Of a stretch of DNA of 64,000 nucleotides, positions 1 to 8,628 are shown one piece after another. A program made the position numbers and the translations under genes. Within the stretch, counting starts at the first letter, position 1. Each line of letters starts with the position of its first letter. Source of the stretch: a phage. The notes beneath the pieces are model-generated. The model ran no database searches. It had not been told where the DNA came from and saw only the letters and a program-made list of their open reading frames with translations. Location of the stretch: the NCBI GenBank assembly GCA_025829515.1, contig GCA_025829515.1_4865.1; one strand, written 5' to 3'.

Positions 1-208
1 TTACTTATCTCCATTAACAAATGATAGCAGAAGAACCCTATGTCCAACTACTTGTACTTCGAGGCATATTAACTGCCCCGTCTCGTAAATTAGTTGACAA
101 TAAACCGGCTTTTGTGCGAAAAAAGTGGCTAACCGTGTACAAGCGATTTGGGTTATCGTTACAGTTAGGAGGTTTATTGTCACAATATACAGCTCACACG
201 TAATTAAA

Positions 209-1141
209 TTAGTGCGGTGTGCTAGTGTCGTTGCCCGGACCATGGCCAGTATGCAAGTGAAGACTAAAGGTAATGCCGCCGATAACCGATTCGGTAACTG
301 TGAATGTGCCCTTACCTTCACCCTTGCCGTTATAGAGGAAATCCTTACCTACTTCCAGGTTACCGGTAAATAGATTCGTTGGGCATGTGGTCTTCCAGTC
401 TTCAGTCGTCCATGCCATGTTTTTCGACGCTGTAGAGTTGCGAGTTTCGCACTTCTCGTTAATCGTCTTTGTCTCGAGATTAATAGAACGTTTAGCATAA
501 ATGAAAGCGTCCTCTTTATTAATATTAATCTTCGACCGGCAGGCGTTTTCAAACCCTAAGTCATCCTCTGGGGAGTTAAGGTAGAACTTACGCCCTTCGT
601 CATCTACTAACTGGAAAAACCCATCGCGCGTGTTCAATTGAAATAGATACGCATTTTTCTCACCGTTAGTCATACTGGTACGTAAAGTAACGTGACCATC
701 CATCGGGGAGATATTCAGTACGTAGGCGTTAGAGAGGTCATCGGCCATCTGGTTTACTGGGTCAGCAGACCAGGCGTATACCCCATCTTCCAGTCGCTTA
801 ACGTTACTGTTGTTTAAATCTTCCCAGAAGTACATATCGGTTTCACCGATACGCCAGATTCTTACGTAATCTTCTTTTTTCACATCCGGAGGGTTAACCC
901 GGTTGCTGTTGGACTTCATCCATTTTGCAGTGATGGCATTACCTTGCTTTACAGTAAGGTTGTCAGTACCACTTAAACTGTTGTGTTGCTTCTCTACAGG
1001 TGTCTCTGTTGCATCGACAGCTGTTGGATTAATAAAGTTAACTTCGATAGGGATGACTTTAACTCGAGTGGCACCACGAGGTTTATCTTCCGCGACGATA
1101 CCTATCGAGAAGATGTGCAACCCTGACTTAGATTTATTCAT
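209..1141 (-). CDS. hypothetical protein (310 aa), possibly virion-associated
   Basis: Long ORF on minus strand; strong RBS (GAGGAGGG) upstream of ATG at 1141; no recognisable motif. Confidence 0.55.
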   Translation of the reverse strand: MNKSKSGLHIFSIGIVAEDKPRGATRVKVIPIEVNFINPTAVDATETPVEKQHNSLSGTDNLTVKQGNAITAKWMKSNSNRVNPPDVKKEDYVRIWRIGETDMYFWEDLNNSNVKRLEDGVYAWSADPVNQMADDLSNAYVLNISPMDGHVTLRTSMTNGEKNAYLFQLNTRDGFFQLVDDEGRKFYLNSPEDDLGFENACRSKININKEDAFIYAKRSINLETKTINEKCETRNSTASKNMAWTTEDWKTTCPTNLFTGNLEVGKDFLYNGKGEGKGTFTVTESVIGGITFSLHLHTGHGPGNDTSTPH

Positions 1142-1321
1142 ACCACCCTCCTCTCATACTACACTTTTTTACGTTTCGATCTCATCGTTTGACAATCGAG
1201 GAGTGTACGGGGGTAAGGGGGTTTATGTATTGGATGCGAACATAAACGGAGGTATCCGTAGGATACCGACATCCTTTTTGTAGTTGACCTTGACTTTTAA
1301 CCTAACGAGGAGTGCAGTACC

Positions 1322-1639
1322 ATGTCTTTATTTCAAACCATTAAAAGTGCATTAGAGCGTAATGATGCAGACAGTGCCTTTACTGCGTTGCAGAAAGCCA
1401 GTAACGGGAAGCTAGACAGCGTCTTTGCTAACAATCAAAGAATGCGCTTTTACAAAGTCGGGGAAGTAGACCAGTTCTACGACGAACTGTTTACGGGGGT
1501 AGTGCAAAGCGCGGTATACGCCATGCCGACTGAACAATTAAGTCAGTTTGAAAAAGGGATGCGTTACCAGCGGTTAAGTAACGACTACGCATTACTGAAT
1601 CTGGCTATCGATGACTGCATCGTACTGGTTGTATACTAA
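1322..1639 (+). CDS. hypothetical protein (105 aa)
   Basis: ORF with GAGGAG RBS upstream of ATG. Confidence 0.5.
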   Translation: MSLFQTIKSALERNDADSAFTALQKASNGKLDSVFANNQRMRFYKVGEVDQFYDELFTGVVQSAVYAMPTEQLSQFEKGMRYQRLSNDYALLNLAIDDCIVLVVY

Positions 1640-1645
1640 GTTTTT

Positions 1646-1669
1646 ACAGATAGATGTCATCTTAGTGAG
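1646..1669 (+). promoter_or_regulatory. putative phage promoter motif copy (acagatagatgtcatcttagtgag)
   Basis: Intergenic copy of the conserved motif family cAGAtAGATaTTAtC...GTGAG, upstream of gene 1760. Confidence 0.4.
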
Positions 1670-1759
1670 CATTGTGTATAAACCCACAGTCGCTTAAACA
1701 CCAACTGTTCTTTAGTAACAGTTTTTGGTCACTTTAGTGTACTTTAAAGGAAATACCGA

Positions 1760-2998
1760 ATGTATAACGAATACGAATTAGTTTACCAGACACCGAAAGA
1801 AGCATTCTTTAATGCAGTAATTACTAACTCAATTGTACTGTTGGGAATGCAGTTCAGTGTTCGGAGTATGGCTTACAGCGATGTAACGTGGCAGGATTGT
1901 GCGTACCTGCCACAAAAGCTCTCAACCGTTGTCGAAAAGCGGCTGCTTGACAAAGGGGAAGTAAAGTGCCGTTTAGGCCACCACGTCTCTGACTTAGCGC
2001 CGTGGGTTGAGTTAACCATGACGTTCGAAGGGGATTCGCGGGTAGTTTACCTATCAGGTAATCAAAACATCGGACGCGCCATTGCTGAGGGTAACACAAT
2101 GTGGGTGCACTACATTCTTACTCTGCTGACCGGTAAACCGGTGTTCGAGTTAACACCTGACATGCCGGCACTAAGCGATAGCAATTGGTGGACTGGCGGA
2201 GAGCTGAATACAGGGTTTAATGAGAAATTACAAAACTTTAATTCAGAGCGACTCGATGTTGATGCGGAAGTGTTGGTGCAGCAGTTCCCCGAATTCACTG
2301 CGTACCAAATTACTACCGTATGGAATAGAGCGGTAAGCAAGCGCAGATTCTACACAAAAAATGCACCGCGTGAAGCAGCCAAACCTGTGGAAATTGACGA
2401 AGACACCAAAGAAGCACTGCGTGATCTAGCCACCATAGCCAATGATGGCAATACGATGTTCTGGACATCTGATGAAAACGCTAACCGTTATTTCGGTGAG
2501 ATGTTAGACGCCGATGTTTGGTCAGTAATGCCGATAGCAGAGCCTGGAAACCTTAAAGATTACTATAAGGTCGAAAAGGATGAGGTGGTTAATGAGAAAG
2601 TCGTCGCTCTTCTTGCTGTTTTCCGCGAAGTTATCCAGTCAGAAATACTGTTAAGCATCTATAAACGCAAGACCCCGGCCAGTGAAAATGACACGGCGTG
2701 GGTATTTGACTGTCGACCAACAAATACAACATCGCCCGCGTTCTGGATACAGGTGTCAGGAACGCTGCAGCGCGTGAACAGTTCCGTTGTTTCTCGCCTG
2801 CCGGATTCTGAAATGCGCTCCGTTGCCGAACCTGCTTATTTGATGTCGGCGAAGGCGGTACGGGACGCGTGGGGTACCAGCGAACTGAAACAGTGGCACT
2901 ACGACGCCATCATCAAATGGGGTGTTAACAATGGCTGGAAAGAAGTGACTAAGTACGGCCGTCAACTGTTGTTTGTCGCAGATTTGCGTTTACTGTAA
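1760..2998 (+). CDS. hypothetical protein (412 aa)
   Basis: Long ORF, AAAGGA RBS, followed by intrinsic terminator. Confidence 0.6.
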   Translation: MYNEYELVYQTPKEAFFNAVITNSIVLLGMQFSVRSMAYSDVTWQDCAYLPQKLSTVVEKRLLDKGEVKCRLGHHVSDLAPWVELTMTFEGDSRVVYLSGNQNIGRAIAEGNTMWVHYILTLLTGKPVFELTPDMPALSDSNWWTGGELNTGFNEKLQNFNSERLDVDAEVLVQQFPEFTAYQITTVWNRAVSKRRFYTKNAPREAAKPVEIDEDTKEALRDLATIANDGNTMFWTSDENANRYFGEMLDADVWSVMPIAEPGNLKDYYKVEKDEVVNEKVVALLAVFREVIQSEILLSIYKRKTPASENDTAWVFDCRPTNTTSPAFWIQVSGTLQRVNSSVVSRLPDSEMRSVAEPAYLMSAKAVRDAWGTSELKQWHYDAIIKWGVNNGWKEVTKYGRQLLFVADLRLL

Positions 2999-3008
2999 TC
3001 TCGTCATC

Positions 3009-3037
3009 GGGGGTCTTGTACCCCCTTCTTATTTTTT
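3009..3037 (+). terminator. rho-independent terminator
   Basis: GC hairpin gggggtcttgtaccccc followed by T-run. Confidence 0.6.
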
Positions 3038-3058
3038 AACCGTAAAGAGTATTTAACC

Positions 3059-3640
3059 ATGCCACAACCAATTATTGAACAACATGAAATGAACTACGAA
3101 GAACTGACCCGCCGCTATCGCGTGAAAGCCCCACGGGTAGTAGAAGGTTGCGAGAAATACAAAGAAGCAGACTTCGTGGTATTCCAACGCGAAGGTGTTC
3201 CGATGATGGTGTTCGTAAAACACGTCACCACCGATAACGACGCCCGTCTAGTGATGTTGTATAACGTAATGGCTACCGTACTAGATACCGATATTGGACT
3301 GTTACGTCGTTATAAATCATCCTACGAACAGAAAGCGAAGGTAGTTGCTTTTGACTTACCACGCACGGTACTAGTAGATGGTTCCCGTCCGGCTATTCTT
3401 CGTTTTACGAAAAGCGAAGACGACAGTAACCCAGCGCATATTGTTCAGCCACTAACGCTGTCGCAAGATACGTTACAGCAGAACGGCGGGATGGATTGGC
3501 TAAACGTCATGTTACCGGGCCTAGCTGAAGGTCAGGAATTGCATCTGGTTTGCTACACCCCATCCGTCGAGCACACCTATGCGCGTTACCTTACCGAAGA
3601 ACACGGTTTCCGTAACCACCGCGGTATTTACATTGCGTAA
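3059..3640 (+). CDS. hypothetical protein (193 aa)
   Basis: ORF in tightly packed rightward operon. Confidence 0.55.
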   Translation: MPQPIIEQHEMNYEELTRRYRVKAPRVVEGCEKYKEADFVVFQREGVPMMVFVKHVTTDNDARLVMLYNVMATVLDTDIGLLRRYKSSYEQKAKVVAFDLPRTVLVDGSRPAILRFTKSEDDSNPAHIVQPLTLSQDTLQQNGGMDWLNVMLPGLAEGQELHLVCYTPSVEHTYARYLTEEHGFRNHRGIYIA

Positions 3641-3649
3641 GGTGAATGT

Positions 3650-4213
3650 ATGTTCCGTTTACTAGAAATTCGAAACGATATCTGGCAAGAGCACATCCGC
3701 AACGATCCGGAGTGGGAAGGAGTTGAACGTGATTTACCGGATAACCCCGACCAGCTGCTGGTATTCCTTTATAGCGATAAGGCTAAACAGATCAAGGGGA
3801 TATTTGAACGTAAAACGACAAGCTTGTCGACCTTACTGAGCTGCATTTGCTGCGGCGTCAGTGAGCTTGATCCCAATCTATTCACCAACTATCTTGCGCG
3901 TAAAGTCCGTACACCGCTACTGGAGGTTACACTCCCGCCAGATATTCGTATCAGTAAAACCGTACCGACCGTTTTGCGTTTACAGGATGTGTCTGGTAGT
4001 AGCGACGACGGGGAAACAACGATTACCCTTTCCTCGTCAGAGAGTGAACTCGCAACCGAATCGTTTCTTAGCGAAGTCGAGGCCGGATTAAAGCAGGACG
4101 TAATCGTCTATAATCTCGGCGGTGTGCCCATTGATCCCATTTTACACTTCTTTGAAAGCCAAACCTGCCATCTCGTAGAAAGCTTAACATACCACTTTAA
4201 AGGAGCTTTATGA
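3650..4213 (+). CDS. hypothetical protein (187 aa)
   Basis: ORF, AAGGTGA RBS; stop overlaps next start (ATGA). Confidence 0.55.
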   Translation: MFRLLEIRNDIWQEHIRNDPEWEGVERDLPDNPDQLLVFLYSDKAKQIKGIFERKTTSLSTLLSCICCGVSELDPNLFTNYLARKVRTPLLEVTLPPDIRISKTVPTVLRLQDVSGSSDDGETTITLSSSESELATESFLSEVEAGLKQDVIVYNLGGVPIDPILHFFESQTCHLVESLTYHFKGAL

Positions 4214-4740
4214 TGAAACTCGAAGGCTACGTTGTTACTGATAAACCTTTTGCTGAAGCCAACCTGTCGCGTTCACAGGTTGTTTATAAAGACATCGATG
4301 TGCCTGCCGAAATCGTTAAAGCGAATCCCAGCTGGCTAATCAACCACGTTTCTTTGGAAATCACCAATCCGTTTATCAACGATCCAACCGACCCATTTGT
4401 CGACATGGGTAATTTCCGCGATATTCTTTCCCCACATCAATACCAGACAGTGGCACAGAAGAAAGGGAAGCTGCTCACTGAAACGAATGAGTGGGAGCGT
4501 ATCCAAGAGCGTCATCCTGAAAAGGGTTTGATGGAAATTTATCACCAACACCCTAAAGAGTTTGACAAATTACCTCTGTGGGCATCGGTGGCGTATAACT
4601 GCAGTGGGATATATGACCATCTGTTGCTGAGCGGATACGATGGCGCAATACACGCAGCCGAAGGCCCGCACACGCCGGTAACTGTTTATCACACATTTCA
4701 CCCAGCGCGCATCACTTTCATCGAAACGTTGAGTGTGTAG
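4210..4740 (+). CDS. hypothetical protein (176 aa)
   Basis: ORF, AAAGGAG RBS, followed by terminator. Confidence 0.55.
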   Translation: MMKLEGYVVTDKPFAEANLSRSQVVYKDIDVPAEIVKANPSWLINHVSLEITNPFINDPTDPFVDMGNFRDILSPHQYQTVAQKKGKLLTETNEWERIQERHPEKGLMEIYHQHPKEFDKLPLWASVAYNCSGIYDHLLLSGYDGAIHAAEGPHTPVTVYHTFHPARITFIETLSV

Positions 4741-4747
4741 TTTATCT

Positions 4748-4786
4748 CCAGTAACCACGAGGGTTACTGGAGTCCTCTTATTTTTT
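4748..4786 (+). terminator. rho-independent terminator
   Basis: Hairpin ccagtaaccacgagggttactgg followed by T-run. Confidence 0.6.
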
Positions 4787-4819
4787 ACACTTAACTCAAA
4801 TTAATTTGAGGTGTGGTAT

Positions 4820-5407
4820 ATGACAGAACGTATTTTACGACTGCAAGAGAACAGGTTAGAAGACCTGCACGTAATGCGTAGTCGTGGCTTGTTCCCAGTG
4901 GGGCTTGACGTAAGTGGGTTAATAACTTCTGCGCAGCACGGGGACAAGGTCATTACAATGCATTCACGTGGGAACGAAGTGGTCTCTGCGATTTTCATCG
5001 ATAAGGTTATTCCGGACTCGGAAAGTGGTAAGGCGGCGGGACACATCATTTACGAATACTTTCGCAGCATTCTATACGAGGAAAAGATAAACGTCAAAAC
5101 GTTTATGGAATACGCTAAGCGAAATAACTACATCGATGCGCGGCTGATGGTCACGGAAGGCACTCCAACTATAAACGGTAAAGTCCACCATCGTTTACTT
5201 GGAGCACAGTTGCCGAGACTAGGCGAGATACCAACGACGATAGAGCTGCACCAAAAAACAGATTGGCGACACAAAATCGAAGTGCTTCACAAGCTTTACG
5301 ATTTATCGATCGTTCAAATCAAACTGGTGGACTTTACGCCTGCAAATATGCAAATCGCTAAGCGCGCGTTGGGTTTTCGTATTCTTAACACAACCTTCAC
5401 ATTGTAA
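4820..5407 (+). CDS. hypothetical protein (195 aa)
   Basis: ORF; start moved to ATG 4820 which has GAGGTG RBS (track start 4811 is GTG). Confidence 0.55.
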   Translation: MTERILRLQENRLEDLHVMRSRGLFPVGLDVSGLITSAQHGDKVITMHSRGNEVVSAIFIDKVIPDSESGKAAGHIIYEYFRSILYEEKINVKTFMEYAKRNNYIDARLMVTEGTPTINGKVHHRLLGAQLPRLGEIPTTIELHQKTDWRHKIEVLHKLYDLSIVQIKLVDFTPANMQIAKRALGFRILNTTFTL

Positions 5408-5412
5408 AATAT

Positions 5413-5437
5413 CTCAGATATATATTACCTAGGTGAG
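5413..5437 (+). promoter_or_regulatory. putative phage promoter motif copy (ctcagatatatattacctaggtgag)
   Basis: Contains TATATTAC; near-identical to copy at 62824-62848. Confidence 0.5.
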
Positions 5438-5457
5438 AGTTAAGAGATTAACTCAAT

Positions 5458-5487
5458 GGCTACCTTCGGGTAGCCTATTCTTTTTTA
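5458..5487 (+). terminator. rho-independent terminator-like hairpin
   Basis: ggctaccttcgggtagcc hairpin + T-run; lies downstream of motif copy and upstream of gene 5512. Confidence 0.5.
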
Positions 5488-5511
5488 AACCAATCGACTA
5501 TAGAGCAAAAC

Positions 5512-5913
5512 ATGACTATCAAGAAGTTCTTACAAACAGTAGTAGTTCTGGCCGCATGTGGTATCGCAGCAACTTATGCTTTCGATAAGCCAGACGTGAC
5601 TGAATACACATCAGCTGATTCGGATTATGGCATTGCGCCGAATGAAAAACCGGAACTGATGCGTGAGGTCGAACAGTTACAAATCTACAGACTGACGGAC
5701 GGTAAGAACTGCACAGGGCTGGTTATCGCTGATAAGAAATTGAAAATGTATCAGCGGTTAATCGACATATCGTGCAATCAACCAAAAGTCACCTCGGTCA
5801 GTGTATCGCCACTGGAATTACCGAATTTGGTTGCTGTGAGCTTTTATCACAACGATGTGCTCGTCGGTCGCATCACCCTCAATCGTGGAGATATCAAAAA
5901 TGAAATGCAATAA
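5512..5913 (+). CDS. putative lipoprotein (133 aa)
   Basis: N-terminal signal peptide with lipobox-like LAAC; first of four consecutive signal-peptide ORFs. Confidence 0.5.
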   Translation: MTIKKFLQTVVVLAACGIAATYAFDKPDVTEYTSADSDYGIAPNEKPELMREVEQLQIYRLTDGKNCTGLVIADKKLKMYQRLIDISCNQPKVTSVSVSPLELPNLVAVSFYHNDVLVGRITLNRGDIKNEMQ

Positions 5914-6391
5914 CGTTAATCGCCACTTGGCCAAAGTGGTGCTTTTTACTGTGCTGTTGATGGCAGTTGTTGTTGGGCTACGGATTTCTAAGGCGCACGC
6001 TGACGAATTCAGCGGGTTCCAGGGCAGTATTAACGGCAGCATTCCAGCATATACCCGCACCATCAATCTTAATGATAAGCCGTTCTGGTGCAATGCGCGT
6101 AAGCTGCTTAAGAAACAGTGTCGTGTAGTTGACATATCCTTCAACGGACGTGTCGCTATCGTACACCGTCCGGGCGATAAAGATTGCCCAGGTGGTTGGT
6201 GGGGTGCAGTCGACCGTCACAACGGTGACGCGTTATGGCTTATCCCTAATCGTGATGAACTATCAGTGGAGAAAATTTGCAGCAAAGATTTCAGGGCCGG
6301 TTTTGTACAGCGACCGGATACCAAAACTCTGGCATCCATCGCTATGTACTACGGTATGGAAACCATCAAAACAATCGACTATTCAGAATAA
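5900..6391 (+). CDS. putative secreted protein (163 aa)
   Basis: Start placed at ATG 5900 (GGAG RBS); predicted signal peptide ending AHA; several Cys. Confidence 0.5.
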   Translation: MKCNNVNRHLAKVVLFTVLLMAVVVGLRISKAHADEFSGFQGSINGSIPAYTRTINLNDKPFWCNARKLLKKQCRVVDISFNGRVAIVHRPGDKDCPGGWWGAVDRHNGDALWLIPNRDELSVEKICSKDFRAGFVQRPDTKTLASIAMYYGMETIKTIDYSE

Positions 6392-6413
6392 CTCAAAAAA
6401 TTGAGGTACTATT

Positions 6414-6824
6414 ATGAAACATTTTTTATTACCAGTTTTACTTGCTACTCTGGCCATTAGCTTCTTCGCTCGCGCTGGAAGTATCGAGTTACCAAAAGTT
6501 GTTAACGATCACGAATACGGCGGGCCGTTCTGGTGCCAGAACTCTGACGTACAAGGCGGTAGCTGTCAGATCGTTGCGATGTCCGATAACAACCGTTACC
6601 TGTTAGTGAAAACGATGGGCGGTGTCGCATGTGGCGACCCTGAATACGGGGTTATTAACATGGCAACAGGTCAGGCCGAATCCATGAACTACAATGATAA
6701 CCAAGCCTGTAGCGGTGAAGCCGTTGCTGAGTTTACTCGCGACCCAGGTGATAATGCCCTGACGGTTATCATGTACGACCCTACGATTAAGAAAAACGTA
6801 GGCATCAATAAACTCGACTTTTAA
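6414..6824 (+). CDS. putative secreted Cys-containing protein (136 aa)
   Basis: Signal peptide MKHFLLPVLLATLAISFFARA; GAGG RBS. Confidence 0.5.
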   Translation: MKHFLLPVLLATLAISFFARAGSIELPKVVNDHEYGGPFWCQNSDVQGGSCQIVAMSDNNRYLLVKTMGGVACGDPEYGVINMATGQAESMNYNDNQACSGEAVAEFTRDPGDNALTVIMYDPTIKKNVGINKLDF

Positions 6825-6837
6825 GTAAGGAAACAAC

Positions 6838-7221
6838 ATGCGTGGATTTATGGGTATTATCGCGGCGGTGTTCTTGACCGCTTCTGCTTCAGCTACAACC
6901 AGCGTAGAAGATTTACTGCCAGGCACACCGTATCAGTACAACCCGCCTTCATTCGAAGTCTGTACTGGCGACGATGGCAGATGTGAAGAAGTCAGCCGTC
7001 ACGACGAGTATATCCTGGTCCACGCAAAGGGCGAGGAAACTTGTCCGGCTGGTTACTACTTCTTGTTGAACTCAAAGGCACAAGAGATTGTGCCGGTAGA
7101 GACAATAACGTGCGACCCGACGCTTCGCGCGTCGCTCGCTTACAATACGAAAACCAAACAACGCCTCCTGGTTATTGAACAGCAAGGGGTGGTGCGTGGT
7201 TCAGTAGCGCTCGACCAGTAA
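6838..7221 (+). CDS. putative secreted Cys-containing protein (127 aa)
   Basis: Signal peptide; AAGGA RBS. Confidence 0.5.
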   Translation: MRGFMGIIAAVFLTASASATTSVEDLLPGTPYQYNPPSFEVCTGDDGRCEEVSRHDEYILVHAKGEETCPAGYYFLLNSKAQEIVPVETITCDPTLRASLAYNTKTKQRLLVIEQQGVVRGSVALDQ

Positions 7222-7232
7222 CCGAAAAGTTT

Positions 7233-7255
7233 TCAGACAGATGTTATAACGTGAG
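7233..7255 (+). promoter_or_regulatory. putative phage promoter motif copy (tcagacagatgttataacgtgag)
   Basis: Intergenic copy of conserved motif upstream of gene 7351. Confidence 0.4.
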
Positions 7256-7350
7256 ATGACGACCCATCTCACTTTGGCCCTGCGGTGATTTCCCCAACAC
7301 TTAGCCGCAGGGTCCTTTTTAATCGACTATTACTCGTAAGGATTAAGCAA

Positions 7351-7851
7351 ATGAACATGAACATTCTCGACGATACCCGTTCTTCTTTCTTTACTCAGAT
7401 GAACGTCAATCCCGAACGTACCCGTGCCATTCTTTCCACTGGCTGGAAGTTAAAGCTGTTAGGCGAGTTAACCCTAAACCGCACCGACTGGCCAGAAGAA
7501 GCGACCGTATTGATTAACAGCATTCACAGCGAGTGGCTAGATGCTGCGTTGAATGCCCCACAACTACGTCCGTACTATCGGATGCTTCATGCGGGTTATG
7601 AAGTATACCGCAAAGGTTGGTACGCTGCAGCCACTTATTGCAAAACCCCTGAAGGTCGTGAAGACAACACTGTCGACCACGTATTAGTAAACAATTTCTG
7701 GGGCGACCAAATCGAAGTCTTACAACTTTCCACCGGTGACCGTATTCCGGCCTGTGAGTTATTCGAAACTAACGCACAAATGTACGAACCATATGCAATG
7801 ATTCGTGGCCGTAAGGTCCCAATCATTTCCCTTATGCATATGGGGCTGTAA
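7351..7851 (+). CDS. hypothetical protein (166 aa)
   Basis: Start placed at ATG 7351 with AAGGA RBS; followed by terminator. Confidence 0.5.
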   Translation: MNMNILDDTRSSFFTQMNVNPERTRAILSTGWKLKLLGELTLNRTDWPEEATVLINSIHSEWLDAALNAPQLRPYYRMLHAGYEVYRKGWYAAATYCKTPEGREDNTVDHVLVNNFWGDQIEVLQLSTGDRIPACELFETNAQMYEPYAMIRGRKVPIISLMHMGL

Positions 7852-7859
7852 ATACGAGA

Positions 7860-7889
7860 GGTAGCCTACGGGCTACCTTCTTTTTTTGT
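7860..7889 (+). terminator. rho-independent terminator
   Basis: ggtagcctacgggctacc hairpin + T-run. Confidence 0.6.
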
Positions 7890-7905
7890 TGAAGAAGGAT
7901 TAAAC

Positions 7906-8532
7906 ATGAACGAGATTACCCTGATTCGTTTCATCGACGACATGGTGACGTGTCAGAAAGCGAATCGTCAGGATACCAAACTACGTATCAATCTGATGGA
8001 AGAAGAGGTAGAAGGGTTTCTGGAATACCCGCGATTGGTGAAGTGGTTTAAAGAAGCACTGCCGCGTAGCTGGGAACAGCTCGAAGCGTGGTTTGCTCTA
8101 CCTATTGCAGAACGTAATCCCAATAATACGATCTTCACCGGAACTACTGCATTAGATTTGGCTGGTTCGGTGGAGCAACCTAAACGTTTAGTTTTCTTCT
8201 ACGTCAATGGCGATTCAATAATGGCTGATACAGTTAACTGGATTTCCGATGAGTTAACTGTAAACACCACTTTGGTCGGTAGCGCTGCTGATGCCTGGGT
8301 TGTTGGTCAGCACCAATCGCAACCGTACGAAGAAATCAAAACCGGTTATTTAATCCCGATATATCTCGACGGCGTGGCACCCGGTCGTAGTGCCGAACTG
8401 TTCAAATTCCTGCTTACTGAAACGTTAAAGGTTGTCGATTCTGATGCCGGACGTGCGTGGTACGAATTAACCAAAGAGCGCACCGATAGTTTTTGGGAAT
8501 CACTCGGACACCGTAAGTTTATTCCGCAATAA
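7906..8532 (+). CDS. hypothetical protein (208 aa)
   Basis: ORF with GAAGAAGGA RBS; followed by terminator. Confidence 0.55.
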   Translation: MNEITLIRFIDDMVTCQKANRQDTKLRINLMEEEVEGFLEYPRLVKWFKEALPRSWEQLEAWFALPIAERNPNNTIFTGTTALDLAGSVEQPKRLVFFYVNGDSIMADTVNWISDELTVNTTLVGSAADAWVVGQHQSQPYEEIKTGYLIPIYLDGVAPGRSAELFKFLLTETLKVVDSDAGRAWYELTKERTDSFWESLGHRKFIPQ

Positions 8533-8543
8533 CTCTCCTCTCT

Positions 8544-8575
8544 GGAACCCTTCGGGGTTCCATTTCTTCTTTTTT
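8544..8575 (+). terminator. rho-independent terminator
   Basis: ggaacccttcggggttcc hairpin + T-run. Confidence 0.6.
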
Positions 8576-8628
8576 ACGCATGACCTTTTGGATATGAACG
8601 ACTAATACTTTCTCATTAGAAGGCAAAC

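Noticed and set aside
1-321. Minus-strand ORF 1-321 (106 aa) at the window edge
   Set aside because: Overlaps the better-supported 209-1141 minus ORF in another frame and has low-complexity composition; likely spurious.
1189-1194. TTGACA hexamer as sigma70 -35 element in the divergent region 1142-1321
   Set aside because: No acceptable -10 hexamer at 16-18 bp spacing.
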